Of a DNA stretch of 32,000 nt, positions 8,703 through 17,916 are shown piece after piece. Every line of letters starts with the position of its first letter. Positions within the stretch are counted from its first letter, which is position 1. Origin of the DNA: Gemmata obscuriglobus (GTDB lineage Bacteria; Planctomycetota; Planctomycetia; Gemmatales; Gemmataceae); contig NZ_CP042911.1 of assembly GCF_008065095.1 (NCBI RefSeq), positions 7,200,001 through 7,232,000 of the forward strand, given 5' to 3'. A program made the translations under genes and the position numbers. Under the pieces are notes generated by a model, which saw only the letters and a program-made list of their open reading frames with translations, searched no databases and was not told the DNA's origin.

Positions 8703-8855
8703 TTGGCCGACGGCGACCCCGTTGCGCTCGGGTTCGTCGGCGTGATCCTGTTCATCGCGGTCGCTCTGGGGTTGTTCGTGCTGAAGGTGCGCCGCGACCT
8801 CCGCCGAGACGACGAGGCGCAGGCCCGCAAGTACGGGCGCAAGTCGCCCCGGTGA
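8703..8855 (+). CDS. Possible 50-aa single-pass membrane peptide
   Basis: TTG start follows an in-frame TAG (8697). Translation is LADGDPVALGFVGVILFIAVALGLFVLKVRRDLRRDDEAQARKYGRKSPR, a TM helix with a basic tail. Third codon positions are very G/C-rich. No clear SD. Too short for the ORF track. Confidence 0.3.
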   Translation: MADGDPVALGFVGVILFIAVALGLFVLKVRRDLRRDDEAQARKYGRKSPR

Positions 8856-8935
8856 AGCGGGCGGCTCACTTCGGGTCCAGTTTTCGGGACCCACTATCAA
8901 CTTCGGCGCGCCGCATTCGCCCGTTGTCGATCGCG

Positions 8936-9889
8936 TCAATCGAGCGAAGCCACCTCGCCCCCGGCGCGGGTCGCCAGAGCGGGCAGTACCTCATTTGCCG
9001 AGTACGTAAGGAACCGCACGCTGCCGTCCGCGAACGCGAAGTTGGCGCCGCCCGTGTGCAGGGACCAGAACTGGAACAGCGCGCAGTCCGGCTGGGTGTT
9101 CAGCTCAGGTTGACGGTACGGGAACGGGCCGGGACCGCATCTCACCTCCGGTGCCCCTCGCTTGAACGGGTTGAGGTCCGCCACTCCGATCACCGAGTCC
9201 AGTGTTCCGAAGCCGCCAACACCCCAGCCGACGTACAGCCACCCGTGCAGGAGGCTCGTCGGCGGGGGGCGCTCCCCGAACGCCAGCGTATTGGACGTCC
9301 CATCCGTGATGCCAACCCAGGTCACACCGCCCTCGGCCACAATCACCCCGTCACGCTGCTTTGACAATTTACCCGCGTTCCCGAGGTACGAATTGAGCGC
9401 GATCCGCTGGGTCATTTGGACGGGGCGCGGGCGCGCCAGGCTGTACCGGAAAGTCACTTCCCAGGGAACCGCGACGCGCGTGTCAGCCGGACAGATAAAC
9501 GGCTTCAGTGGCTGGTGCAAACCCCGGTGCGGGGATGGCAGGAACGGGTCTTCGGATCGCCCAAAATCCTCTTGCGCCTGGCGCCGGTTCGCCTCCAATT
9601 CGAGGTACGGGGCGATGAGCAGGGGCCACTGCAGGTGCGGCTCCGATACCCCCACCGCCCGCTTCTGAAACGCAGGTGGCAACGTCCCCGTGGTCGCTTC
9701 GTAATTGTGCGTAGCGATTACCACCTGACGCATGCTGGACTGACACGAGAGGCGTGCCGCGGCGGTCCGAACTTTCTGCGCTGCCGGCAACAGCAGCGCG
9801 ACGAGCAATCCGCAGATGCTGACCGCCACGAGCAGTTCGAACAAGCCGTATCCGTTTCGGCGAAGCGGCCCCACGGTCACGCCCTCCAC
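8936..9889 (-). CDS. DUF1559 / prepilin-type N-terminal cleavage-methylation domain protein (H-X9-DG family)
   Basis: N-terminus is RRNG|YGLFELLVAVSICGLLVALLLPAAQKVRTAAARLSCQSS with Glu at +5. C-terminal signature is SLHTGGANFAFADGSVRFL. GTG at 9889 overlaps the upstream gene by 13 nt. An alternative in-frame GTG at 9880 gives a GTGA stop/start overlap. Confidence 0.9.
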   Translation of the reverse strand: MEGVTVGPLRRNGYGLFELLVAVSICGLLVALLLPAAQKVRTAAARLSCQSSMRQVVIATHNYEATTGTLPPAFQKRAVGVSEPHLQWPLLIAPYLELEANRRQAQEDFGRSEDPFLPSPHRGLHQPLKPFICPADTRVAVPWEVTFRYSLARPRPVQMTQRIALNSYLGNAGKLSKQRDGVIVAEGGVTWVGITDGTSNTLAFGERPPPTSLLHGWLYVGWGVGGFGTLDSVIGVADLNPFKRGAPEVRCGPGPFPYRQPELNTQPDCALFQFWSLHTGGANFAFADGSVRFLTYSANEVLPALATRAGGEVASLD

Positions 9890-10992
9890 CGCCGGTAAAT
9901 CAGCGCGCTGACGATCGATACGGCCGCAATCACGCCGGCCACAACACCCACAACCAGCGATGTGTTATGAGGAGTCGGATAAGCGGCGACGGGGGGTGAG
10001 GGCTGAGGGGCGGCATCAATCGGTCGAGCCTGCGCGGCCTGCTCCTCGGCGAGCGTCCGCCGGCTCAAGGACGGGTCGGCGCGGCCATCCCGCCATACTG
10101 GCCAGTCCGCCGGGTCGGTGTTCGGATACGCGATCGGCTGCCCCTCGTTCAACCCGAGGCCGGCGAGAGTAAAGACGGAAGGCGCGACCGGAGTGTCAAA
10201 ATCCGCATGCTGGAGGGTAATGGTCTCCTCATACTGGAGAACCCCAGCATGCCGCGCAACATGTTTGACCCGTTCAGGGTACAAGTGCTTTCCGGCACCT
10301 TCAAGCCAGCGAACCTCGGTCATGAGTTGAACGGCCTTGTCCCCGGTTCCGTTGTGCGATTCGAACCAGACCGGGTTGCACCGCGACTTTGAACCGAACC
10401 AAATGGCGCTGCACCCTTTTTCTCTCTCGATCTCGGTGACTAAACACGCTTCACCACCACGGTCCTGTTCGGAAGTCTTCAACAACGGGTTCGCCATCCG
10501 CTCGCGGTAGGACTGCGCAAAGGGGACGCGGTTGTAAGTCGAAAGCGGACCGTTGCAGAGGCCCAAGAACCGCCAGTCGATGTCGGTAACGAAGTAGTCC
10601 GTTGGCTGGCCGCTCGAATTTCGGAATTCGACGAGGTGGGTCCGGCCCGGTGGCGCGGGAAGGATCGTCGTGACGAGCGTGTAGTTCTGCCGCTCGCAGT
10701 TCTGACAGGTCACATGACGACCGCGTTGCGTCGCATCGGCCCCGACGCGATCAGATTCACGGTCGTACACATCCACCCGCAGTTTGTCTGCACTTCTCCA
10801 AATGGCAGCCGTGTACGCCCACCTTCGACTACCCTCCGGAGCACCGGGCCGGAAAGATTCAAACCGGTAGCGAATTTGGTAACTGTCTCGCATTTCTAAC
10901 TTGCGAGCAACCATCCGATTTACATCGGAGGGCTTCGGGGTATCGTTTAAACTAACTGTTGCGAGCAAGAATAGATGAGCGATAGGAATCAA
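9877..10992 (-). CDS. Hypothetical protein with C-terminal membrane anchor; possible LolA/RseB-like fold
   Basis: 371-aa ORF with a TTG start, so the start is uncertain. C-terminal TM is LVVGVVAGVIAAVSIVSALIYRRWRA, preceded by a Pro-rich linker. 'ITLQHADFDTPVAPSVFTL' resembles the end of LolA-like domains (inference). Tightly coupled to the downstream DUF1559 gene. Confidence 0.65.
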   Translation of the reverse strand: MIPIAHLFLLATVSLNDTPKPSDVNRMVARKLEMRDSYQIRYRFESFRPGAPEGSRRWAYTAAIWRSADKLRVDVYDRESDRVGADATQRGRHVTCQNCERQNYTLVTTILPAPPGRTHLVEFRNSSGQPTDYFVTDIDWRFLGLCNGPLSTYNRVPFAQSYRERMANPLLKTSEQDRGGEACLVTEIEREKGCSAIWFGSKSRCNPVWFESHNGTGDKAVQLMTEVRWLEGAGKHLYPERVKHVARHAGVLQYEETITLQHADFDTPVAPSVFTLAGLGLNEGQPIAYPNTDPADWPVWRDGRADPSLSRRTLAEEQAAQARPIDAAPQPSPPVAAYPTPHNTSLVVGVVAGVIAAVSIVSALIYRRWRA

Positions 10993-11526
10993 TTGTTTTC
11001 TCCGTGCGACCCAATTAAGTTCGCAACTTCGCCGGGCGCGAACACGGTCAAAATTCTTCAGATGGGACGGCTGGTGCGGCGAGTCGCTTCAAACAATCGT
11101 CTGGGGCGACACCCGTTTTCTTTACCTTCCGTATTCGACACTCGGATTCGGTGGGGAGCACACTTTTATCATGTTCCCGCTCGGCGACGCGTAGTCGATT
11201 GCAAACAGAGGCGGGAAATGGAACGCTCAGGTTCCAGGAATCGTCTAAATCCCGATCGCATCGCACTTTCGCAAAACGACACTTCGAAAAATAGAATTAA
11301 CTCGATTGAGGCAGGGGAGAGGTTGCGAAAGACTACTTGCGCGGGGCCGCACCGTCAACCCCACTCGGAGACGTTCTGCACGTCATTGACCAACGGGATG
11401 GGCATGATCGTCAACCACTTACGCAGTCGCCGCACCAACGCCGAGGGGTTCAAGCATGGGCTCCGGACCATCCTCTGGCGCACTAAATGCCCGATCCGGT
11501 TACCGGTGCCTGTTTTGGTTCTGTCT

Positions 11527-11594
11527 TTGTGGCACAGACATTCCTGTCTGTGCGGTCTTCTCGCGCCGCACAGACAGGAATGTCTGTGCCACAA
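11527..11594. repeat. 68-bp perfect nested palindrome (29-bp arms, 10-nt spacer; each arm contains its own 8-bp/4-nt hairpin)
   Basis: Checked base by base: 11527..11555 pairs with 11594..11566 without mismatch. Inner hairpins are CACAGACA-TTCC-TGTCTGTG and CACAGACA-GGAA-TGTCTGTG. No U-tract on either side. Confidence 0.9.
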
Positions 11595-11722
11595 GAGGAA
11601 CAGTCACTACCACCCGGACCGTGCATAAAGAATGTTGAACTTCAACAACTTCCGACTCCGCGTCTTGAGCAGTTTCGAACGGACAAAAGGACAACGCCCC
11701 CCAAGAATCGCGGAGGCCGGCG

Positions 11723-13519
11723 TCAGCCCCGCGCCGCGAGCGGGACGACGCCGTCCCAGCCGGGCGGCGGGGTGCGGTTGTTCTTCAGAATGAACTCGGT
11801 CAGCACGTCCTTCCCGCGGTCGTCCGGCGGGACCCGGTGGAGCCGCTTGTACGCGGCCGCCCAGTCGCCCGCCAGAAACGCGTTCAGGGCTTCGCCGTAG
11901 GCCGCGAGGTCCTCGTCGGAGAGCCCGCCCTCGGGTTGCCCGTCGGGCGGGACCGGCGGCAGCAGTTCGGACACCACCAGCGGCGTCTCCATGCCGGGCG
12001 GGCGCACCTTCACCAGTTGCCGCGTGCGGCCGGCGTCGCGGGGGAGCCGCTCGCGGACCACCTCCGCCGTCGGCTCGTCGATCAGGATCGGCACCCGCAG
12101 CAGCTTGGTCATGTCCTGGAGCCGCGACGCGAGGTTCACCACCGGCCCGAACACGGTCACCTTCGCCTGCTCCGGGGTGCCGATCCCGCCCGCCACGGCC
12201 CGCCCGCTCGCGAGCCCGATCCCGACCCGGAACCCGTGCAGCGGGTGCGCCGGGTCGCGCGCCACCGTCTCGAACGCGGCCCGGATGCCGAGCGCCGCCC
12301 GGCACGCGTCCTCGACTTTCAACGGCTGTTCCAGCGGCCAGCCCCAGAACCCGAGGGCCGCGTCGCCCAGGAAGTCCGCGACGGCGCCGCGGTGGTTCAG
12401 GATGTTCCGGGTCATCAGCCCCAGTGCGGCGCTCACCCGGTTCAACAGGTCGAGCAGGTTGTCGGCCTCCTCCGCCCGCCGCGAGAAGCCGCGCAGGTCG
12501 CAGAACAGCACGGTCACGTCGGCCTCGCGCGGCTCCAGCGCGCGGGCCGGGTCGCCCCCCGACAGCACGCCCAGCACCCCGGGCGAGAAGAACCGGCGGA
12601 ACACCCCCTGCCGCTCGCGCAGCACCTGCACCTGGCGGAGCGAACCCAGGATGTCGGCCACCAGCTCCGCGAACTTCACGTCGTCGCGCAGCTCGTTCGA
12701 CTCCCACGGCGCCAGCAGCGTCGCCGCCGCGGCCCCGTTGAACCGCCCGGCGACGTACAGCGCCCACCCCGGGCACGCGTCGCACGCGACGGGCGTGCAG
12801 AACGCCCAGTCGAACCGCTCTTGCAGCGTGAACGAGTGGGCGGGCGCGGCGCCCGGTTCCGCCCCCCACACGTGGAGCACGGTCTGTTTCTGCTCCGCGA
12901 CCGCGGCGGCGACGAGCCGGCGGCTCGGCTCGAAGTCGCCCGCGCCGGACAGCCGGCGGTCCCGGTGGAGCACGGCGGGCCGGTCGGCCCCCGGCGCCAG
13001 CGCCACCACCGCGACCGCGTCCGCGCGGCGGACGCCCGCCAGCAGCATGTCGCCGAGCTTGTGGAACAGGTCCGCGTCGTCGGAGGCGCTGGCGATTATG
13101 TCGGGGAGCCGGCTGAGCACGTCGAGCCGGTGCGGGGCGTCCCGGAACGCGAGCCGGTCCAGCTCGTGGTGCCCGATCGTCCGCATGTCGAGCAGCGGGC
13201 GATCGGGCTCGGGCGGGGTGGCGTCCTCGCCGGCGGCGAGGGTGAACGAGGTGCGGCCGATGACGAACGACCCGCCCGCCGGCACCTCGAACGCGTCGGC
13301 CGGGCGCCCGGCGTGGAAGATCGGGTTGGCCGCCTCCGCGAGCTTGCGCACCTTCAGCTTCCCGCCGCGGGCGGTCAGCTCGGCGTGCCGCCGGGCGAGG
13401 AACGGCTCCCACGGCACGGACCAACCGGCCGCGTCCCGCCCGAGAACGACGGGCACGTCGTGCGGCAGCTCGCGGCGCCAGGCGTCGCCCGGGGTGGGGC
13501 CTTGTGCAACGAGCAACAT
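11723..13519 (-). CDS. FHA-like / GAF-like / class III adenylate-guanylate cyclase, 598 aa
   Basis: Cyclase core: TVLFCDLRGFSRRAEE...FLGDAALGFWGWP...GIGLASGRAVAGGIG...VFGPVVNLASRLQDMTK. The N-terminus is FHA-like (VVLGRD...ARRHAEL...FVIGRTSFTL). The middle is GAF-like. ATG at 13519 is chosen because third-position G/C rises after it and it leaves a 217-bp divergent promoter gap. Confidence 0.88.
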   Translation of the reverse strand: MLLVAQGPTPGDAWRRELPHDVPVVLGRDAAGWSVPWEPFLARRHAELTARGGKLKVRKLAEAANPIFHAGRPADAFEVPAGGSFVIGRTSFTLAAGEDATPPEPDRPLLDMRTIGHHELDRLAFRDAPHRLDVLSRLPDIIASASDDADLFHKLGDMLLAGVRRADAVAVVALAPGADRPAVLHRDRRLSGAGDFEPSRRLVAAAVAEQKQTVLHVWGAEPGAAPAHSFTLQERFDWAFCTPVACDACPGWALYVAGRFNGAAAATLLAPWESNELRDDVKFAELVADILGSLRQVQVLRERQGVFRRFFSPGVLGVLSGGDPARALEPREADVTVLFCDLRGFSRRAEEADNLLDLLNRVSAALGLMTRNILNHRGAVADFLGDAALGFWGWPLEQPLKVEDACRAALGIRAAFETVARDPAHPLHGFRVGIGLASGRAVAGGIGTPEQAKVTVFGPVVNLASRLQDMTKLLRVPILIDEPTAEVVRERLPRDAGRTRQLVKVRPPGMETPLVVSELLPPVPPDGQPEGGLSDEDLAAYGEALNAFLAGDWAAAYKRLHRVPPDDRGKDVLTEFILKNNRTPPPGWDGVVPLAARG

Positions 13520-13736
13520 GGGTGCGGACCGGCGAGGGTGTCGGAACCGGGCGGGGCGTTCCTCAAAGTGTACCGCACGGCGGCCCCGGCGCAACCCGAC
13601 CGGCGCGCCGGAACCGGCCCGAAGCTCCGCAAATTGCTCAAGTACCGAAAGCGCGCGGCCCCACGACGGCTTCCGACACTCCGCCTTGATTCGCCCGGCG
13701 GGGCGCTTATAGTCCGCGACCTTCAGCAGAAACATT

Positions 13737-16502
13737 GTGGTCGGAAAGTGGGGGCGCCGCGTGGGGAGCGGGCGGTCGATAACGTGGGCCGGGCTGACCG
13801 TCGCGGCGGTGCTCGCGGGCGGCGTGCCGCTTGCGGCACAACCGCTGCCGGGGGCACGCCCCACCGCGCGGTTCCCGGATGAACCGCACAGCGGGTTCTC
13901 ACTCCCGACTGACAACCTCATGAGCGCGCCGCAACCGGTGCGCCCACAAACGGTCTACCAAGCGCCCGCCCGCGAGCCCGGCGGCATCCCGTATGAACCC
14001 GACTTCACGCTCCCCAACGGGGCCGTCATCCCGACGCCCAAGAGCAAGAACGTCGTCGTCGATTACATCCGCCGGTACGGCACCCCGCTCACCGAGGAAA
14101 AAGCCGACCTGCCGGACGGCACCGAACGGGTGCTCATCACCGGCGGGGTGATCGTCAACCTGTCGAGCGCCGACGGCAAGCAGAAGACCGAGTTCGCCAC
14201 CGACGAGGCGGTGATCTGGCTGAAGCGGGACAAGAAGGGCGACGCCGTCAACGGGTTCACCACCAGCGAGAAGGATAAGATCGAGTTCTACCTGTCCGGG
14301 AACGTCATCATCCGCATGGTCCGCGGCGGGGACAAACCGATCACGCAGACGCTCCGGGCCGAACAGGTGTACTACGACGCGTCCGAGAACCGGGCCGTCG
14401 CCCTGCGGGCGGACCTCGAAATGACCGTTCCGAACATCCCGGACGCGTTCCACCTGCGGGGCCAGGAGGTGCGGCGGCTGGACCTGGAGAACTGGCAGGT
14501 GCTCGGCGGGTCGGTGAACGCGAGCAAACTGCCCAGCGATCCGGGCTTGCGGCTGGACTCACAAGAGTTCACGCTCAGCGAGCGCAAGCTCGTGCGCCAG
14601 AACATCTTCGGCATCCCGTTCCGCGACCTGAGCACCGGCGAGCCCGTTACGACCACCGAGCAAATGGTCACCGGTAAGAACGTGGTGACGCGGCTCGCCG
14701 GGGTGCCCGTGTTCTACCTGCCGCGCACCCGGTTCGACGCGAGCGACCCGCTCGGCCCGCTCACCGGTTTCAGTTTCAGTCAGAACCGGCAGTACGGGTC
14801 GTCGTTCTACTCCAGCTTCGACGTGTACGAGTTGCTCGCGCTGCGCGCGCCGGCGAACCACACGTGGCGGCTCAACCTCGACTACCTGAGCAAGCGCGGC
14901 CCGGCCTTCGGCACCGACTACATCTACCGGATCCCGACCTCGGAACTCGGCGAGCCCCCGGTCGGCAACGGCATGATCAAGCTGTACGGGATCGACGACG
15001 ACGGGTTCGACCTGCTCGGCGGGTACCGCGGGCTCGAACCGGACCCGCGCGGGTTCCGCGGCCGGGCGCTGTGGCGGCACCAGCAGGAGGTGACCGACCG
15101 GCTCTACTTCCAGGGGCAGTTCGCGTACCTGAGCGACAAGAACTTCCTCGAACAGTTCTACAAACAGGAGCACGACCGCGGCCCGAACCAGGAGACGTTC
15201 GGGTACCTCACCTGGCAGAACCGCAACTACGGTGTGAGCGGGCTGGTCCAGGAGCGGATGGGGCGCGACTGGATCACCTCGACCAACTGGCTGCCCCGCG
15301 TGGACGGGCACCTGCTCGGGCAAACGTTCCTCGACGACCTGTTCGTGTACAGCGCGCGGGCCAACGCCGGGTACGCGCAACTGCGAACCGCGGAGCAATC
15401 GCCGTACCCGGTGCTGACCACCGACCGGCGCGTGGACACGGGCCGGTTCGACCTGTCGCAAGAGCTGAGCGCCCCGCTGTCGCTCGGGCCGGTAAAGCTG
15501 GACCCGTACGCGATGCTCGACCTCACCGAGTACACCAGCGACCTGACGGGGAACGAGATCGGGCGCGTGTACGGCGGCGGCGGGGCCCGGGCCAGCGTCC
15601 CGTTCTCGCGCCTCTACGGCGACGTGAGCAGCGAGCTGCTGAACCTGCGGGGCCTGTACCACAAGGCGATCTTCGGGTTCAACTACCGCTACGCGCGGTC
15701 GAACGAGCCGTACAACCGGTTCCCGCAACTGGACCGCCTCAACGACGACGCGGTGGACCAGTCGTACCGCAACCTCCGCCCGTTCCAGACCATGTTCCTT
15801 CCGGGACCGAACGGGCTCCTGCTCCAGACCTCGCCCGTGTTCGATCCGCAGTTGTACGCGATCCGGCGGCTGGTGGACAACCGCGTGGACACCCGGGACG
15901 ACATCAACGTGCTGCAAATGGACCTGCGGCAGCGGCTCCAGACGAAGCGCGGGTACCCGGGGATGGAGCACACGGTCGACTTCCTGACGCTCGACGTGTC
16001 CGCGTCGTACTTCCCGGACGCCAACCGGGACAACTTCGGGAACCCGTTCGCGTTCCTGGAGTACGGCACCGTGTGGAACGTCGGGGACCGCACGTCGATC
16101 GTGTCGAACGGGTGGTTCGAGCCGTACGAGGGCGGCAGCCGGTACTGGAACGTGGGGGCGTACCTGGACCGCACCGACCGCACCAACGTGTACCTCGGGT
16201 ACCGGCAGACGGACCCGATCAACAGCAAGGCGGTCACGCTCTCGATGGGGTACCAGTTGAGTTCGCGGTACTACGTGAACGTCGGGGCCAGCTACGACTT
16301 CGGGCTCCAGCAGTCGCTCTCGAACTCGCTCACGATGACCCGCACCGGCAGCGACCTGACGACCACCATCGGGTTCACCTACAACGCGTTCGTGAACAAC
16401 TTCGGGTTCCAGTTCCTGATCGTGCCGAACCTGGCCGCGGCGCTCGGCGGGCGGTTCGCAGGCACCCCGGTCAACGGCCAGCAGTTCAGCAACCGGCGGT
16501 AA
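13737..16502 (+). CDS. LptD/OstA-like outer-membrane beta-barrel protein, 921 aa
   Basis: Signal peptide ...WAGLTVAAVLAGGVPLAAQ. OstA-like N-terminal segment: ITGGVIVNLSS...DEAVIWLKRD...YLSGNVIIRM. Long C-terminal region has alternating aromatic/polar beta-strand pattern ending FGFQFLIVPNL. The family call is by resemblance only. Confidence 0.65.
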   Translation: MVGKWGRRVGSGRSITWAGLTVAAVLAGGVPLAAQPLPGARPTARFPDEPHSGFSLPTDNLMSAPQPVRPQTVYQAPAREPGGIPYEPDFTLPNGAVIPTPKSKNVVVDYIRRYGTPLTEEKADLPDGTERVLITGGVIVNLSSADGKQKTEFATDEAVIWLKRDKKGDAVNGFTTSEKDKIEFYLSGNVIIRMVRGGDKPITQTLRAEQVYYDASENRAVALRADLEMTVPNIPDAFHLRGQEVRRLDLENWQVLGGSVNASKLPSDPGLRLDSQEFTLSERKLVRQNIFGIPFRDLSTGEPVTTTEQMVTGKNVVTRLAGVPVFYLPRTRFDASDPLGPLTGFSFSQNRQYGSSFYSSFDVYELLALRAPANHTWRLNLDYLSKRGPAFGTDYIYRIPTSELGEPPVGNGMIKLYGIDDDGFDLLGGYRGLEPDPRGFRGRALWRHQQEVTDRLYFQGQFAYLSDKNFLEQFYKQEHDRGPNQETFGYLTWQNRNYGVSGLVQERMGRDWITSTNWLPRVDGHLLGQTFLDDLFVYSARANAGYAQLRTAEQSPYPVLTTDRRVDTGRFDLSQELSAPLSLGPVKLDPYAMLDLTEYTSDLTGNEIGRVYGGGGARASVPFSRLYGDVSSELLNLRGLYHKAIFGFNYRYARSNEPYNRFPQLDRLNDDAVDQSYRNLRPFQTMFLPGPNGLLLQTSPVFDPQLYAIRRLVDNRVDTRDDINVLQMDLRQRLQTKRGYPGMEHTVDFLTLDVSASYFPDANRDNFGNPFAFLEYGTVWNVGDRTSIVSNGWFEPYEGGSRYWNVGAYLDRTDRTNVYLGYRQTDPINSKAVTLSMGYQLSSRYYVNVGASYDFGLQQSLSNSLTMTRTGSDLTTTIGFTYNAFVNNFGFQFLIVPNLAAALGGRFAGTPVNGQQFSNRR

Positions 16503-16617
16503 CGGATGCGCGGCCCGCGGGCCGCGCGCCCGGCCCAATTGGCACGCACCCACATTGTGCCGCCCGGCGCCGGGCCGGAAGCTGGTACACGGGACCCGAA
16601 GCCGAACCGGAGGGGTT

Positions 16618-17040
16618 ATGCGCGCGGACCGGTGGTACGCGGTCGAGGAGGAGCCGCCCGCGGCGAAGAAGCCGCGGCAGTGGCGTGACAAGTTCCGCGA
16701 GGCGGTCCGCGGGGTCAAGTGCGGGGCCCGCGGGCAGTCCAGCTTTTCCGTTCACTTCTTCTGTGCGGTGGTCGCGCTGACCGCCGCGGCGGTACTCGAG
16801 TGCGACCACTGGGAGTGGTGCCTGATCATCGGGTGCATCGGGCTCGTCACCACCGCGGAACTCATCAACAGCTCGATCGAGCTGCTGTTCCAAGGCCTGG
16901 AGCAGGAGGTCCGCGACCGCGTGTGCCCGTGCCTCGAGACCGCCGCCGGGGCGGTCCTGGTCGCCACGCTGACGGCGCTCGCCGTCGGGGGGATCATCTT
17001 CGGCCGCAAGCTGCTGCTGGTGTTCCACGTCATCGCTTGA
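16618..17040 (+). CDS. dgkA: Diacylglycerol kinase (prokaryotic DgkA family)
   Basis: ATG at 16618 is preceded by GGAGGGG. Three TM helices. DgkA motif TTAELINSSIE. Confidence 0.85.
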   Translation: MRADRWYAVEEEPPAAKKPRQWRDKFREAVRGVKCGARGQSSFSVHFFCAVVALTAAAVLECDHWEWCLIIGCIGLVTTAELINSSIELLFQGLEQEVRDRVCPCLETAAGAVLVATLTALAVGGIIFGRKLLLVFHVIA

Positions 17041-17157
17041 GGGCCGAACCGGGCGCCCGAGTTAGCGCCGCGGCCCGGCTGCGGTTACCCGGTACGCGAG
17101 ACGCGGCGCCCCGAACCGCGTAAAATGGGGCGCACAACCTTCCCGGGACCACCGCAA

Positions 17158-17910
17158 ATGAAGCTCACGCTCCACGTCTGGCGCCAGAAGTCGCGCACCG
17201 CGAACGGGCAGATGGTCAAGTACCCGCTCGACGGCATCAGCCCGGACATGTCGTTCCTCGAAATGCTGGACACGCTCAACGAGCAGCTCATCCGCAAGGG
17301 CGAGGAGCCGGTCGCGTTCGACCACGACTGCCGCGAGGGCATCTGCGGCAGCTGCGCGATGATGATCAACGGGCTGGCGCACGGCCCGGAGCGGGCCACC
17401 ACGACCTGCCAGTTGCACATGCGGAGCTTCGCCGACGGGGCCGAGATCTACCTCGAGCCGTGGCGCGCCGGCCCGTTCCCGGTGGTGAAGGACCTGGTGT
17501 GCGACCGGTCCGCGTTCGACCGGATCATCCAGAGCGGCGGGTTCGTGAGCGTCAACACCGGCGGCGCCCCGGACGGGAACTGCCTGCCGATCGCGAAGGT
17601 GGACCAGGACCGCGCGATGGACGCGGCGGAGTGCATCGGGTGCGGGGCGTGCGTGGCGGCGTGCCCCAACGCCAGCGCGATGCTCTTCCTCTCGGCGAAG
17701 GTGAGCCACCTGGCACAACTGCCCCAGGGCCAGCCGGAGCGGAAGGAGCGGGTGCGGGGGATGGTGGCCCAGCACGACCGCGAGGGGTTCGGGCACTGCA
17801 CCAACATCAACGAGTGCGAGGCCGCCTGCCCGAAGGAGATCTCGGTGACGCACATCGCGCAGCTCAACCGCGACTTCATCACCAGCACCGTTAGCGCCAC
17901 GGTGAAGTAA
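17158..17910 (+). CDS. sdhB: Succinate dehydrogenase / fumarate reductase iron-sulfur subunit
   Basis: 2Fe-2S region [18 protein letters not shown]. 4Fe-4S/3Fe-4S cysteine clusters [13 protein letters not shown] and [15 protein letters not shown]. Start is 17158 (MKLTLHVW), or possibly ATG 17125. Confidence 0.9.
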   Translation: MKLTLHVWRQKSRTANGQMVKYPLDGISPDMSFLEMLDTLNEQLIRKGEEPVAFDHDCREGICGSCAMMINGLAHGPERATTTCQLHMRSFADGAEIYLEPWRAGPFPVVKDLVCDRSAFDRIIQSGGFVSVNTGGAPDGNCLPIAKVDQDRAMDAAECIGCGACVAACPNASAMLFLSAKVSHLAQLPQGQPERKERVRGMVAQHDREGFGHCTNINECEAACPKEISVTHIAQLNRDFITSTVSATVK

Positions 17911-17916
17911 AGTCCG

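Noticed and set aside
11633-11647. 15-bp palindrome TGTTGAA-C-TTCAACA as an operator
   Set aside because: Palindromes with 7-bp arms are expected by chance about once or twice in 32 kb. It is not near a plausible promoter.
11355-11900. ORFs 11355..11594 (-), 11456..11638 (+), 11487..11900 (+) and 11500..11694 (-) crossing the nested palindrome
   Set aside because: Their mirrored peptides (HRHSCLCG / PHRQECLCHK on both strands) are a by-product of the palindrome. The rest is not protein-like.
11607-13882. 605-, 681- and 573-aa ORFs overlapping the cyclase gene
   Set aside because: These are shadow ORFs with R/P/G/A-rich translations. The 11723..13519 frame carries unambiguous class III cyclase motifs.
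13520-13921. Longer cyclase start (ATG 13735 or the tracked 13921)
   Set aside because: An ATG at 13735 would sit back to back with the LptD-like GTG at 13737, leaving no promoter space. The extra 72 codons have lower third-position G/C and a non-protein-like sequence.
14559-16780. 719-aa antisense ORF and 638-aa off-frame ORF over the LptD-like gene
   Set aside because: These are shadow ORFs rich in V/R/P/E/H with no hydrophobic organisation.
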